64,000 nt of DNA, taken from an uncultured Bacillota bacterium. Lineage in GTDB: Bacteria > Sysuimicrobiota > Sysuimicrobiia > Sysuimicrobiales > Segetimicrobiaceae. The notes below the pieces were generated by a model. That model was not told the origin of the DNA. It made no database searches and was given only the letters and a program-made list of their open reading frames with translations. Positions 18,915-28,893 of this stretch are shown here, one piece after another; the first letter of the stretch is position 1; each line of letters begins with the position of its first letter. The translations under genes and the position numbers were made by a program. The DNA lies in assembly GCA_963804645.1 (NCBI GenBank), contig CAWDRG010000011.1, positions 32,001-96,000 on the forward strand, written 5' to 3'.

Positions 18915-20924
18915 TCAGCGCTCCGCGACCGTGTACCGCTCCAGCCACTCCGCGGCCCTCCGGAACAGGTCGATCCGGTGGCTCGGCCGACCGCTGCCGC
19001 GAAACGCGTGGCTCTGCCCCGGATACCGGACAAACTCGGTCGGCACCCGCCCGATGGCGAGCAGCCCGATGTACCACTCCTCGCCCTGTCCAATCGGGCA
19101 CCGATCGTCGGCCTCGCCGTGCACCACAAGCGTCGGGGTCGTCACATGCTCGATGGAGTGGATCGGCGACAGCCGCCGGAAGAGCTCCCGGTGGCCGACC
19201 AGATCCCCCCCGACCTCGCGCGGCGTGAACCACGGCCCGATGTCGGACGTCCCGTGGAACGACTCCGCGTTCACGACGGGTGCGCCGACGACCGCCGCCT
19301 TGAAGCGGTCCGTGTGCGAAGTCGTCCACGCGGTCATGAACCCGCCGTAGGAGTACCCGCTGACCGCGAGGCGCGCGGGATCCGCGATGCCGTCCGCCAC
19401 GAGCGCGTCGACCGCGGCGAGCTGCTCCGGCAGATCGTGCTCGCCCCACCGACCGCGAATCCCGTCCTGAAAGGCCTTGCCGTACGAGCCCGATCCGGTC
19501 GGGTTCAGCGCGAGCACCGCCCATCCGCGGCACGCGAGCAGGAACATGTGGAGCGCCCCCCCGGGAAATGCGTTCCCGTGGTAGCTGTGGGGCCCCCCGT
19601 GGATCTCCACGAGGAGCGGCGCCGGACGCCGCCGGTCGGTCGGGGCGACGACCCACCCGTCGAGCGTCCCACCGTGCGGGCCGTCGAACAGCCGATGCTC
19701 CACGTGGGGCAACGCGACCGCCGAGAGCCAGGCGTCGTTGAGCCGCGTGAGGCGCCGCTCGTGGGTGCCGTCGCGATCGCACGCGTAGACGTCCGCCGGC
19801 GTCGACCAGTCGGTCGCGGAGAACGCGATCCGGTGCGCGCCGGCGGACAGCGCCTGGACCTGCCGCGCGCCCCCGACCACGGCCGCCACGGCCCCATCTG
19901 CCACCGCCACGCGCGCGACGTGCACACACCCGGCGTCGGCGATCGGCACGACGAGGGTGCGGCCGTCCGGCGACCACGCCGGGGGCGAGGTCGCCTCCGG
20001 CTGGCGCGCGAGCGCGACGGCCCGATCGTACCCCGCGGTCAGCGGGCGCGCGGGCCCGTCATCGACCGGCACCAGCCACACGCGCACCATCGCGTCCCCG
20101 AGCGCGGCGTCCTGCGTGTCGAGCGCGTAGAACGCGATCGTCCCGCCCTCCGGGGACCACGACGGGGCCACCGCGCGCCCGGCGTCCTCCGAAAGACGCC
20201 GCGCGTGGCGGCCGTCCGCGTCCATCACCCACACGTCGTACGCGCGAAGATCCATCGGACCGGTGCGCCCGCGCACATACGCGATCCGGCGGCCATCCGG
20301 CGACCACGCGGGAGCCGCGTGATCCGCCTCGCCGGCCGTGAGCGCGGTGACGGCGCCCGAGTCGAGCGCCGCGACGAAGAGCTGGGACACCGCGTCGAAC
20401 GTGTAGCCCGATCCGTCGGCCTTGTACGCCCCGCGGGTCACGACGCGGGGACGCTTCGTCCACATCCCCTGCGCCGCGCGGTCGTCGGGCGGCTGATCCT
20501 TGGACACCCGCGCGCAGAACGCCACGCGCGCCCCGTCGGGCGACCACGCGGCGGGCCCGGCGCCGCCGGCCAGCGAGGTCAGCCGATGGGGCTCGCCGCC
20601 GCCGACCGGCAGGAGGTAGAGCTGCCCGGGCTTGCCGTCCCGGTCGGAGAGGAACGCGAGCCACCGCCCGTCCGGCGACCAGCGCGGCGCCCAGTCGCGG
20701 CCCGCGCCGCGCGTGAGGCGCGCCGGCTCGCCGCCGCCCGCGGGCACGACGTAGATCGCCGACCGATACTCATCGTGCTCGAGGTCCACGTCGACGCGCG
20801 TGTAGGCGACGAGGCGGCCGTCCGGGGACAGCGCCACATCCGGCACCGCCACAATCGACGCTGCGTCCTCCGCGCGCATCGCGCGGCCCGCGGCGTGCGG
20901 CGCGGCTCCTGCGTGTCCAGTCAT
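18915..20924 (-). CDS. S9 family (acylaminoacyl/dipeptidyl) serine peptidase
   Basis: WSPDG propeller repeats, IHGGPH, GYSYGG nucleophile, DDRCP, YPGQSH; GAGGAG RBS before ATG 20924. Confidence 0.93.
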   Translation of the reverse strand: MTGHAGAAPHAAGRAMRAEDAASIVAVPDVALSPDGRLVAYTRVDVDLEHDEYRSAIYVVPAGGGEPARLTRGAGRDWAPRWSPDGRWLAFLSDRDGKPGQLYLLPVGGGEPHRLTSLAGGAGPAAWSPDGARVAFCARVSKDQPPDDRAAQGMWTKRPRVVTRGAYKADGSGYTFDAVSQLFVAALDSGAVTALTAGEADHAAPAWSPDGRRIAYVRGRTGPMDLRAYDVWVMDADGRHARRLSEDAGRAVAPSWSPEGGTIAFYALDTQDAALGDAMVRVWLVPVDDGPARPLTAGYDRAVALARQPEATSPPAWSPDGRTLVVPIADAGCVHVARVAVADGAVAAVVGGARQVQALSAGAHRIAFSATDWSTPADVYACDRDGTHERRLTRLNDAWLSAVALPHVEHRLFDGPHGGTLDGWVVAPTDRRRPAPLLVEIHGGPHSYHGNAFPGGALHMFLLACRGWAVLALNPTGSGSYGKAFQDGIRGRWGEHDLPEQLAAVDALVADGIADPARLAVSGYSYGGFMTAWTTSHTDRFKAAVVGAPVVNAESFHGTSDIGPWFTPREVGGDLVGHRELFRRLSPIHSIEHVTTPTLVVHGEADDRCPIGQGEEWYIGLLAIGRVPTEFVRYPGQSHAFRGSGRPSHRIDLFRRAAEWLERYTVAER

Positions 20925-20962
20925 CGGGCATCTCCTCTCAGGTGCCGGCCGTTCCCGACCGG

Positions 20963-22360
20963 TTAGTGACGGGCGCGAGTCTTGAGAAACGCGATCAGCT
21001 GGTCGAGTTGGTCCGTCGTGATGTTGCCGGCGAACGCCGGCATGTTCGTGCCGCCGTTCAGGATGCGCCACGTCATCTCGGCCGGCGACAGCCGGTCCGC
21101 GACGTAGGTCAGGTCCGGGCCGCGCTGGCCGCCCAGGCCGGCGATCGTGTGGCACGCCTCGCATCCCTTGTCGTGAAAGAGCGCGGCGCCCGCGACGACC
21201 GGGCCGCCGGAGGCGGCGACCACCGCCGCCGGCAGCGGCGGCGCGTCGAAATTCGGAGACCACGGCGACTCGGCGCCGGCGACCCACAGGGTGGCGATCA
21301 TCATGCAGACGACGAGCACGCTGCCCACCGCCCACGGCCGCCGGGACGGGCTGCGCTCACCCCGGTTCGAGACGAACGGGATCAAGAGCAGCACGACCCC
21401 GGCCACCAGCGGGCTGATGATCATGAACGCGTTCTCGAGCGCCGGCGGAATGAGCGCGAGCGCGCCGAAGTACCAGAGCAGATACCAGTCCGGCCGCGGG
21501 TCGGCGCTCAGCACGGTCGGGTCGGGCGGCTTGTCCAGCGCGGGCGCCCCGAACACCAGCGCGGCGAGCACGACCGCGGTCACCATGCACACTCCGAACA
21601 CGATGTCGCGCCACGCGGCATCAGGCCAGAACGGCTCGCCCTCCCGCTCCAGCATCGCCTGATACCACGCGCGGTACGTCTTCGGGTCCACGGGACGGCC
21701 CGCCTGCGGCGGCTCCGAGATGCCGTGGTGGAGTACCAGCCACAGGTGGATCGCGATGAACACAAAAATGATCGCGGGAATGAAAAACACGTGGAACGCG
21801 AAGAACCGGCTGAGCGTCTGGCCGCCCCAGGTGTCGCCGGCCAGGACGAAGTGGGCGACCGCGCCGCCGATCGCCGGGATCCGCCCCACCTGCTCGGCGA
21901 CGACCGCGACGGTCCACACCGCCGTCTGGTCCCACCGCAGCAGCTGGCCTGTGAACGCGATCACGATCGTCACCATGAACAGCACGACGCCGGTGAGCCA
22001 GTTCGCCTCGCGGGGATACTTGTAGGCGCCCATCAGAAACGTCCGGGCCATGTGCAGCCCGATCAGCAGCACCATCGCGGACGCGGCCCAATAGTGGATG
22101 CCGCGCAGCACCCGCCCGAACGGCGCCTGGGTCGAGATGAACTGCAGCGTTTGATACGCGTCGTTGGTCGAGGGAATGTACGCGAGCGCCAGCGCGATGC
22201 CGGTGACCACCTGCACGAGAAACGCGAACAGCGTCGCGCTGCCGAACACGTAGTACCAGCGGGAGTTCGGCGGCACGGGATGGCGCAGCACCGGCCCCAT
22301 CGCCTTGGACAGACCGGTCCGGTCGTCGAACGCCTCCCACGCGCGCCTCAGGATCCGCAT
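20963..22360 (-). CDS. qcrB: Unsplit cytochrome b fused to a C-terminal monoheme cytochrome c
   Basis: Heme b His pairs in RGIHYW...LHMAR and FHVF...IHLW; Qo motif RPDWY; C-terminal CEACH...GPDLT...MPAF. Confidence 0.92.
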   Translation of the reverse strand: MRILRRAWEAFDDRTGLSKAMGPVLRHPVPPNSRWYYVFGSATLFAFLVQVVTGIALALAYIPSTNDAYQTLQFISTQAPFGRVLRGIHYWAASAMVLLIGLHMARTFLMGAYKYPREANWLTGVVLFMVTIVIAFTGQLLRWDQTAVWTVAVVAEQVGRIPAIGGAVAHFVLAGDTWGGQTLSRFFAFHVFFIPAIIFVFIAIHLWLVLHHGISEPPQAGRPVDPKTYRAWYQAMLEREGEPFWPDAAWRDIVFGVCMVTAVVLAALVFGAPALDKPPDPTVLSADPRPDWYLLWYFGALALIPPALENAFMIISPLVAGVVLLLIPFVSNRGERSPSRRPWAVGSVLVVCMMIATLWVAGAESPWSPNFDAPPLPAAVVAASGGPVVAGAALFHDKGCEACHTIAGLGGQRGPDLTYVADRLSPAEMTWRILNGGTNMPAFAGNITTDQLDQLIAFLKTRARH

Positions 22361-22372
22361 CGTCGGCCGCCG

Positions 22373-22900
22373 TCAGTCGGTCGTGATGGGCAGCGGGCTC
22401 GTGAGGATCTCGACCTGCCCCTCCCGCACGCGCACCGGGTAGCGCGGCAGCGGGCGCGGCGGCGGGCCCGCCGCGACGGTCCCGTCGCCGTAGTAGACGC
22501 CGCCGTGGCAGGGACACATGAACAGGTTCGCGTCCGGCAGCCAGCGGACGGGGCACCCGAGGTGCGTGCAGTTCACCGAATACGCGATGAACGCGTCCTC
22601 ACCGTCGCGGCGGAGCCAGGCCGCGGTCCGGGCGACGACACCGGCCCACGGCAGCGGCGACGAGTCAGCGAAGGCCACCTCGGTCGTCGTGCCGACCCGG
22701 AACGCCGTCGCGGGGCCGACAGGACGCCACACCGGCTCCGTGGTCTCGAACAGCGGGGCGACGAGAAACCCCACGAACGGAATCCCGACGATCGCCGCAC
22801 CCCACAGGCTGAGCGCGACGCTCACGCGGGTGAGGAACTCGCGCCGGCGCACGCCCCCCGGGCCCTCGTCGCGCGCGGCCCCGCCGCAGGGGTCAGTCAT
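22373..22900 (-). CDS. qcrA: Rieske iron-sulfur subunit of quinol:cytochrome c reductase
   Basis: RRREFL Tat anchor; CTHLGC and CPCHGG; GPPPRPL. Confidence 0.95.
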   Translation of the reverse strand: MTDPCGGAARDEGPGGVRRREFLTRVSVALSLWGAAIVGIPFVGFLVAPLFETTEPVWRPVGPATAFRVGTTTEVAFADSSPLPWAGVVARTAAWLRRDGEDAFIAYSVNCTHLGCPVRWLPDANLFMCPCHGGVYYGDGTVAAGPPPRPLPRYPVRVREGQVEILTSPLPITTD

Positions 22901-23141
22901 GCGGCGTCCCCTCGCGCCGGATTTCGTTGATCCAGCCGACCGCGGAGAACGCGAGTAGGCCGAGGCCGATGACGAGGACCAGGTACGACGTCACGATCGC
23001 CCAGAAGACCAGCACCGTCCCAAACGCCGCGGCCACCGGCCACAGCGTGCGCCGCGGGAGATCCGCGGGCAGCGGGAGGTTCCACCCCTCCTGGCCGCCG
23101 GGCGCCGCCTCGCGCGCCGGGCCGCCGTGCTCAGATTCCAT
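22893..23141 (-). CDS. Small 2-TM protein, resembling cytochrome oxidase subunit IV/CtaF
   Basis: LPRRTLWP followed by two TM helices and GWINE; overlaps both neighbours in the respiratory operon. Confidence 0.6.
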   Translation of the reverse strand: MESEHGGPAREAAPGGQEGWNLPLPADLPRRTLWPVAAAFGTVLVFWAIVTSYLVLVIGLGLLAFSAVGWINEIRREGTPHD

Positions 23142-23991
23142 GGAGATCTCCTCCGAGTACGCCGTCGCGGATGCCGCGCGCGGGCGTGCGGTCCGCGCCG
23201 GCCTGGGTGCGCTCGCCGGCGCGCCACCACCAGCCGAGCGTCGCCAGGATCGCGGTCAGATACACGAGGCCGCCGGGCACCCACATCAGCAGGCCGCCGA
23301 GCTGCTGGTCCGCCTCCGGCGACAGCCCCCACGTGGTGCGGAGCATCGGCAGAATGCCGATCGGATCGGCGGGATGCAGATACGCCGGATAGAGCCCGGG
23401 CGGCGTCACGGTCAGGACGATCCCGAGCCCGCTCGAGACCAGCGCGGCGGCGAGCAGATACACGACCGCGCCGAGCGGCGGCATGCGGGACTCGCCGAGC
23501 GGCGCGCAGACGGGCCACCAGAAGATCACGCTCGCCGCGAGAAAGGTCAGATGCTGGACCACGTGCACACGCTCGTCGGCGAGCGCGACGTTGTAGAGGC
23601 TCGGCCAGTGCCAGAGCACGACGATCCCCATCCCGACGGTCCACGCCACCAGCGGATGGCGCAGCACCCGCTCGACGCGCCGGAGTCCGGGGTGGCCGAG
23701 GAGCAGGCGGACCCACGAGGCGGGCAGGCCGAGGATCAAGAGCGGCGGGACGACCAGGACGAGCAGCATGTGCTGCAGCATGTGCGCACTGAACAAGTAG
23801 CGGTCGCCGAGGACGTCCAGCGGCGAGAGGAGCGCCAGGGCGAGGACGACCATCCCCGACAGAAACCAGCCCCCGCGCCCGCGCACGCGTCCGCCGGTCA
23901 GCCCGAGATACCCGCCGACGGCGAGCGCGCAGCCGATGGCCACCGACGGCTGCCACGACCATGCCGCGGCCAGGGCCGCCCACCCGGTCAT
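23131..23991 (-). CDS. ctaG: Cytochrome c oxidase assembly factor (caa3 CtaG)
   Basis: LFSAHMLQH, WHWPSLY, HVVQH, DQQLGGLLMWVPG; ATGA overlap with the upstream gene. Confidence 0.9.
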   Translation of the reverse strand: MTGWAALAAAWSWQPSVAIGCALAVGGYLGLTGGRVRGRGGWFLSGMVVLALALLSPLDVLGDRYLFSAHMLQHMLLVLVVPPLLILGLPASWVRLLLGHPGLRRVERVLRHPLVAWTVGMGIVVLWHWPSLYNVALADERVHVVQHLTFLAASVIFWWPVCAPLGESRMPPLGAVVYLLAAALVSSGLGIVLTVTPPGLYPAYLHPADPIGILPMLRTTWGLSPEADQQLGGLLMWVPGGLVYLTAILATLGWWWRAGERTQAGADRTPARGIRDGVLGGDLHGI

Positions 23992-26228
23992 TTGACGATC
24001 GCCCACACGTAGATCATGGTGTAGAGCACGATCCAGACCGCGTCGACGAAGTGCCAGTACAGCGCGACGCACTCGACGCCCACCGAGGTGCGGCCGCGGA
24101 ACTGGCCGGCGAGCGCCAGCACCAGCAGCGCCGCGAGCAGGACCAGACCGAGAAACACGTGCAGCCCGTGGAACCCCGTGAGGGTGAAGAACGTGGCGCC
24201 GAATAGATCGCGCGACACGGTGACGTTCGACTGGATCAGGCCCCACCACTCCTGCCCCTGGCCGAACAGGAACAGCCCGCCGAGGACGATCGTCGCGGCG
24301 AGCCACCCGATGAACGACCCGCGCCGGCCGCGCGTCTGCTCGCGCATCCCCCACCACAACGTCACGCTGCTGGCGATCAGGAACGCCGTGTTGAGGCCGG
24401 CCCGGTCCGGGTGCAGCACCTGCGCGGCCGTGGGGCCCGGGGACGGGTTCACATGGTAGTAAATGTACGAAATGATCAAGATCAGGAAGAACATCGCCTC
24501 GGACGCGATGAAGATCATCATCCCGAGCTGGGCCGCCGGCATCGGGAACGGCCGGGTCCGCTGCGCGAGCTCGCGCCACCACGGCGGCCGGTGCGACTCG
24601 GCCGGATGGGCGAGATCCCACAGCGGCCGGCGGCCCCAGATCGGCGGCACGCGGTCGAAGTTGTGCTCCGGCGGCGGCGACGCCGTCGCCCACTCCAGGC
24701 TCCACGCGTCCCAGGGGTTGTCGCCGGCCGGGGCGCCGTGGCGCAGGCTGCGCACGACGTCCACGATCCAGACCAGGACCGACAGCGCCAGCACGTACGA
24801 GCCGATCGTCGAGATCAGGTTGAAGAGGCCCCAGTACGGCAGATCGGGATAGGTGAACACCCGCCGCGGCATGCCCATGAGCCCGAGAACGTGCTGGATC
24901 ATGAACGTCAGGTTGAACCCGGCGAACATGAGCCAGAACACCCACTTGCCCCACCGCTCGTCCAGCATCCGGCCGGTCATCTTCGGGAACCAGTAGTAGA
25001 ACCCGGCGAACAGGGCGAACGCCGTGCCCCCGAACAGTACGTAGTGCATGTGCGCGACGACGTAGTACGTGTCGGTGACCTGCCAGTCGATGGGCACCGC
25101 GGTGAAGCTGACCCCGGTGATGCCGCCGATCGTGAACATCGCGAGAAACGCGAGGCAGAACATCATCGCGGTGGTAAAGCGGATGCGGCCGCCCCACAGC
25201 GTCGCGCACCAGTTGAGGATCTTGATCCCGGTCGGAATCGCGATCAACATGCTCGTCAGCGCGAAGAACGCGTCCCACTCGAATCCGAGCCCGGTCGCGA
25301 ACATGTGGTGCGCCCACACCGCGAGGCTGAGAAACGCGATCGCCGCGGTGGATGCCGCGACGAACTCATAGCCGTAGATCGCCTTCCCGGCGAACACCGG
25401 GATGACCTCGGAGATAATCCCGAACGCCGGCAGCACCATGATGTAGACTTCCGGATGCCCGAACGACCAGAAGTAGTGCTGCCACAGCACCGCGGAACCG
25501 CCGCCGGCCGGCGCGAACACGTGCGCATTCAGCAGCCGGTCGATCAGCAGCGTGACCAGGGACGCGTTCAGGACCGGCAGCGCCAGCAGCACGAGCACCG
25601 AGTTGACGAGCACCATCCAGGTGAACAGCGGCAGCCGCGTGAGCGCCAGCCCCGGGGCCCGGAGCGCCAGGATCGTGACCATCAGATTGATCGACGCCGT
25701 GATCGTGCCGATGCCGGTCGCGAGGAGCCCGAGCGCCCAGTAGTCTTCCCCGGTCGTCATGCTGAACGGCCGCTCGCTGAGCGGCGCGTAGCTGAACCAT
25801 CCCGCGTCCGGAGCGCCGCCGGCCAGATAGCTGTAGTACAGCAAGAGGCCGCCGAAGACGAGGAACCAGAAGCTCATCGCGTTCATCCGCGGGAACGCGA
25901 TGTCCCGGGCGCCGACCTGCAGCGGGACGAGATACGTCGCGAGCCCGATCAGCATCGGCATCACGACGAGGAAGATCATGGTGGTCCCGTGCATCGTGAA
26001 CACTTCGTTGTACGCCTGCGGGCTGAGGAACGTGTTCTCGGGACGGATCAGCTGCGTACGCATCAAGAGCGCCTGCACGCCGCCCAAGAGAAAGAACACC
26101 ATCGTGGCCATCAGGTACATGAGGCCGATCTGCTTATGGTCGAGCGAGGCGATCCAGGCGTACCACCCCGTGTCGTCGTGCGCCGCCGCGGGCGCCGCGA
26201 GATCACCCGGCAGAGACAGGTCGCTCAT
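23988..26228 (-). CDS. ctaD: A1-type cytochrome c oxidase subunit I fused to subunit III
   Basis: DHKQIG, TMHG, DIAFPRMN, GHPEVY, WAHHMF, PTGIK, VAHMHY; then subunit III IFIASEAMFF, TGFHGLHV, YWHFVDAVW. Confidence 0.95.
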   Translation of the reverse strand: MSDLSLPGDLAAPAAAHDDTGWYAWIASLDHKQIGLMYLMATMVFFLLGGVQALLMRTQLIRPENTFLSPQAYNEVFTMHGTTMIFLVVMPMLIGLATYLVPLQVGARDIAFPRMNAMSFWFLVFGGLLLYYSYLAGGAPDAGWFSYAPLSERPFSMTTGEDYWALGLLATGIGTITASINLMVTILALRAPGLALTRLPLFTWMVLVNSVLVLLALPVLNASLVTLLIDRLLNAHVFAPAGGGSAVLWQHYFWSFGHPEVYIMVLPAFGIISEVIPVFAGKAIYGYEFVAASTAAIAFLSLAVWAHHMFATGLGFEWDAFFALTSMLIAIPTGIKILNWCATLWGGRIRFTTAMMFCLAFLAMFTIGGITGVSFTAVPIDWQVTDTYYVVAHMHYVLFGGTAFALFAGFYYWFPKMTGRMLDERWGKWVFWLMFAGFNLTFMIQHVLGLMGMPRRVFTYPDLPYWGLFNLISTIGSYVLALSVLVWIVDVVRSLRHGAPAGDNPWDAWSLEWATASPPPEHNFDRVPPIWGRRPLWDLAHPAESHRPPWWRELAQRTRPFPMPAAQLGMMIFIASEAMFFLILIISYIYYHVNPSPGPTAAQVLHPDRAGLNTAFLIASSVTLWWGMREQTRGRRGSFIGWLAATIVLGGLFLFGQGQEWWGLIQSNVTVSRDLFGATFFTLTGFHGLHVFLGLVLLAALLVLALAGQFRGRTSVGVECVALYWHFVDAVWIVLYTMIYVWAIVK

Positions 26229-27139
26229 TGACGCGTCTCCAAGTAGGCGACCAACGAGCGGACCTGGTCGGGCGTGAGGTGAAAGTTCGGCATCAGCACC
26301 CCGGGCTTCAGCGCGTTCGGGTCCGCGAGCCAGCGCGCCAGCGTCTCCGGGGTGTTCGCGGTGCGGCCGGCGGCCAGCGTCTGACGCGCGGCGAAGTGCG
26401 TCAGATCCGGGCCTACCGCGACCCCGGTGCCGTGGCAGCTGTCGCAGGTCATCGACGCGTACAGGTGCATCCCGGCCACCGCGTCGGGCGACGCGGGCGC
26501 CGGGGCCGGCTGCCGCTGGGCGGCCGTCCACGCCGCGAAGGCGTCGGGCGTCTGGGCGACGACCAGGATCCGCATCCAGGCGTGCTCGAGGCCGCAGAAC
26601 TGCGCGCAGGTCCCGATGTACTCGCCGGGCGCGTCGGCCTGGAGCCAGATCTCGTTCGGGTGGCCCGGGATGGTCTGGATCTTCGGCGCCAGCTGCGGCA
26701 CCCAGAACGTATGGATCACGTCCACCGAGTCGACCCGGACCAAGAGCGGGCGGCCGGTGGGGATGTGCACCTCATTGGCGGCGACGACGCCGTCCTGGGG
26801 GTACCGGATCTCCCACCACCACTGGTGGCCGATGACGACGAGATCGGGCTGGCGGGCGCCGGCGGACGGATCGACGGCACGCATCACACGCAGGGTCGGC
26901 ACGAGGATCACCAGCAGGATGAGCGCGGCCGCGCCGGTCCAGACGTACTCCCACTTGGGCGCGGCTTCGACCTGGGGCACGTCCGGCTGGCCGGGGCGCG
27001 CGCGGAACCGGATCGCCGCCACCACCACCAGGCCGGCCACGACGACGAATACGGCCAGGCCGAGCCACAGCACAAACTCGAACAAACCGCGCGTCGCATA
27101 GGCTGCGGGAGATGCAGGGTTGAAGGGGGAGCTGATCAT
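26225..27139 (-). CDS. ctaC: Cytochrome c oxidase subunit II (CuA) with C-terminal cytochrome c (caa3 type)
   Basis: GHQWWWE, DVIHTFW, CAQFCGLEHAWM, CDSCH, GPDLTH, MP. Confidence 0.95.
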   Translation of the reverse strand: MISSPFNPASPAAYATRGLFEFVLWLGLAVFVVVAGLVVVAAIRFRARPGQPDVPQVEAAPKWEYVWTGAAALILLVILVPTLRVMRAVDPSAGARQPDLVVIGHQWWWEIRYPQDGVVAANEVHIPTGRPLLVRVDSVDVIHTFWVPQLAPKIQTIPGHPNEIWLQADAPGEYIGTCAQFCGLEHAWMRILVVAQTPDAFAAWTAAQRQPAPAPASPDAVAGMHLYASMTCDSCHGTGVAVGPDLTHFAARQTLAAGRTANTPETLARWLADPNALKPGVLMPNFHLTPDQVRSLVAYLETRQ

Positions 27140-27316
27140 CGGGTGCCGCCTGCCCCTTGCACGCTGGCGTGTACCTTCCGCGACGTCCGCGAATCACGCG
27201 ACTGCTTACACGCGCCGCCGCACCCTTCCTTCTTCCCGCCCGCTGTGCGCGGAGATCGCCGTCATTCGTGCGGAGTCCGCACGTGCCCCGTGGGACCGCG
27301 CGGTGGGAGAAGCGAA

Positions 27317-27347
27317 CACGGGACCGGCCGCCGCGGCCGGTCCCGTG
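27317..27347 (-). terminator. Intrinsic terminator of htrA
   Basis: Perfect 14-bp inverted repeat cacgggaccggccg/cggccggtcccgtg followed on the minus strand by TTCGCTTCT. Confidence 0.7.
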
Positions 27348-27381
27348 CCACATCGTGCCCGACGAGAAGCGGCGCCCGCCG

Positions 27382-28503
27382 CTACTGTCCCGCCGGGGTC
27401 TGCTCGAGCGTCACCGTCACGTACTGCGTGTGGCCCTGGCGCAGCACCATCAGCAGGATCTTGGACCCCACCTTGGCGCCGTGCACCGTCGTCACGAGCG
27501 TGGCGGGATCGGGGGTCGGATGTCCCGCGGCCTGCACGATCACATCGCCGCGCTGGAGGCCGGCCGCGGCCGCGGGGCTGTTGGGTGCCACGTCGGCAAC
27601 CAGCGCGCCCTTGGTGTCGACCGCCAGGCCGAGCTGCGACGCGATATCCGGCGTCAGCGGCTGCAAGTACACGCCCAGGTACGGCCGGGTCACGTGACCG
27701 GTCGCGATCAGCTGGGCCATGATGCCCTTCGCGGTATTGATCGGAATCGAGAACCCGATGCCCTGCGCGTCCTCGAACTTGGCGCTGTTGACGCCGATCA
27801 CCTGGCCCCGCGTGTCGATGAGAGGCCCGCCGCTGTTCCCCGGGTTGATCGGGGCGTCGGTCTGGATGAACGTTTCCTCCGGACCATTCGGCAGCGTCCG
27901 GCCCATGGCGCTGATCACGCCCGCGGTGACGGTGAAATTGAGGCCGTAGGGATTGCCGATCGCGATCGCCCAGTCGCCGGGTTGGAGCGACGACGAGTCA
28001 CCCAGCGGCGCGACGGGCAGTCCGGTGGCCTGAATCCGCACGACCGCCAGGTCGGTCGCCGTGTCGGCGCCCACCACGGTCCCGTTGAACGTCCGGCCGT
28101 CGAGCAGGGTCACGGTCAGCTTCTGGGCGCCCTGGACGACGTGCGCGTTCGTCAAGATGTAGCCCTCGGGACTGACGATCACGCCGGAGCCGATCGCCTT
28201 CTCCTGCTGCGGGCCGGACGGCATGCCCGGGACCCCGCCGAAGAACGGGTTCATCGGCATGGTGTCGTTCGAGGACTGCACGGTCTGCACCGTGCTGATG
28301 TTCACGACCGCAGGCCGCACCATCGCGACCGCGGCGACAAACGGGCTCCGCACACCAGTGTCGGGCAGCGGTTGGACGGGTACCGCCGCGGCCTCCACCG
28401 CGTGCGGCGCGACGTGCTGCGACAAGGCCGCTCCCGCGCCGCCGCCGACCGCGGCGACGAGCGCGACCACGACCAGCAATTCAGCGTAGCGCATTCTTAC
28501 CAT
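27382..28503 (-). CDS. htrA: HtrA/DegP family serine protease with one PDZ domain
   Basis: Signal peptide, GSGVI, TNAHVV, DLAVV, IQTDAPINPGNSGGPL, PDZ SPAAAAGLQRGD; GGAGG RBS. Confidence 0.95.
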   Translation of the reverse strand: MVRMRYAELLVVVALVAAVGGGAGAALSQHVAPHAVEAAAVPVQPLPDTGVRSPFVAAVAMVRPAVVNISTVQTVQSSNDTMPMNPFFGGVPGMPSGPQQEKAIGSGVIVSPEGYILTNAHVVQGAQKLTVTLLDGRTFNGTVVGADTATDLAVVRIQATGLPVAPLGDSSSLQPGDWAIAIGNPYGLNFTVTAGVISAMGRTLPNGPEETFIQTDAPINPGNSGGPLIDTRGQVIGVNSAKFEDAQGIGFSIPINTAKGIMAQLIATGHVTRPYLGVYLQPLTPDIASQLGLAVDTKGALVADVAPNSPAAAAGLQRGDVIVQAAGHPTPDPATLVTTVHGAKVGSKILLMVLRQGHTQYVTVTLEQTPAGQ

Positions 28504-28621
28504 TCGTTCGTGCCTCCCAGCCCCCAGGATTCCGAAGCGCCGCGTCGGGGTGCCGTGTGCTCAAGTGGATCTCGCGCTTCGGGACGTTTCGCACGCTTCC
28601 GTGTTGTAGTCTCCACACAAG

Positions 28622-28664
28622 AACGAGCCCGATCTCGCGCAGGTTCCGTCGGAATCGAAAAAAA
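28622..28664 (-). promoter_or_regulatory. ECF sigma promoter GGAAC-N17-CGTT with upstream T-tract (UP-like)
   Basis: Minus strand GGAACctgcgcgagatcgggctCGTT about 120 nt upstream of htrA; T7 tract at 28658-28664. Confidence 0.65.
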
Positions 28665-28893
28665 TTCTGGGTACGGAGCCGGGATCGCGGACCGAGCGGG
28701 AGGCGGTGCCATGCTGCGGCGCCCCTCTCCCCCGGCGGCGCTCGGGTCGGCCTGCGCGATGGGATGGGGCGACCGCGTCCCGCCGCGGCACTCCGCGACC
28801 CTCGCGGCGGTCCGGCCTCCAGACCCGGTGGGCATACATTCCTGCGGGGGGACGAGCGCTCGCAGGCATGGGGCGGCGGCCAGGGTGACGGGG

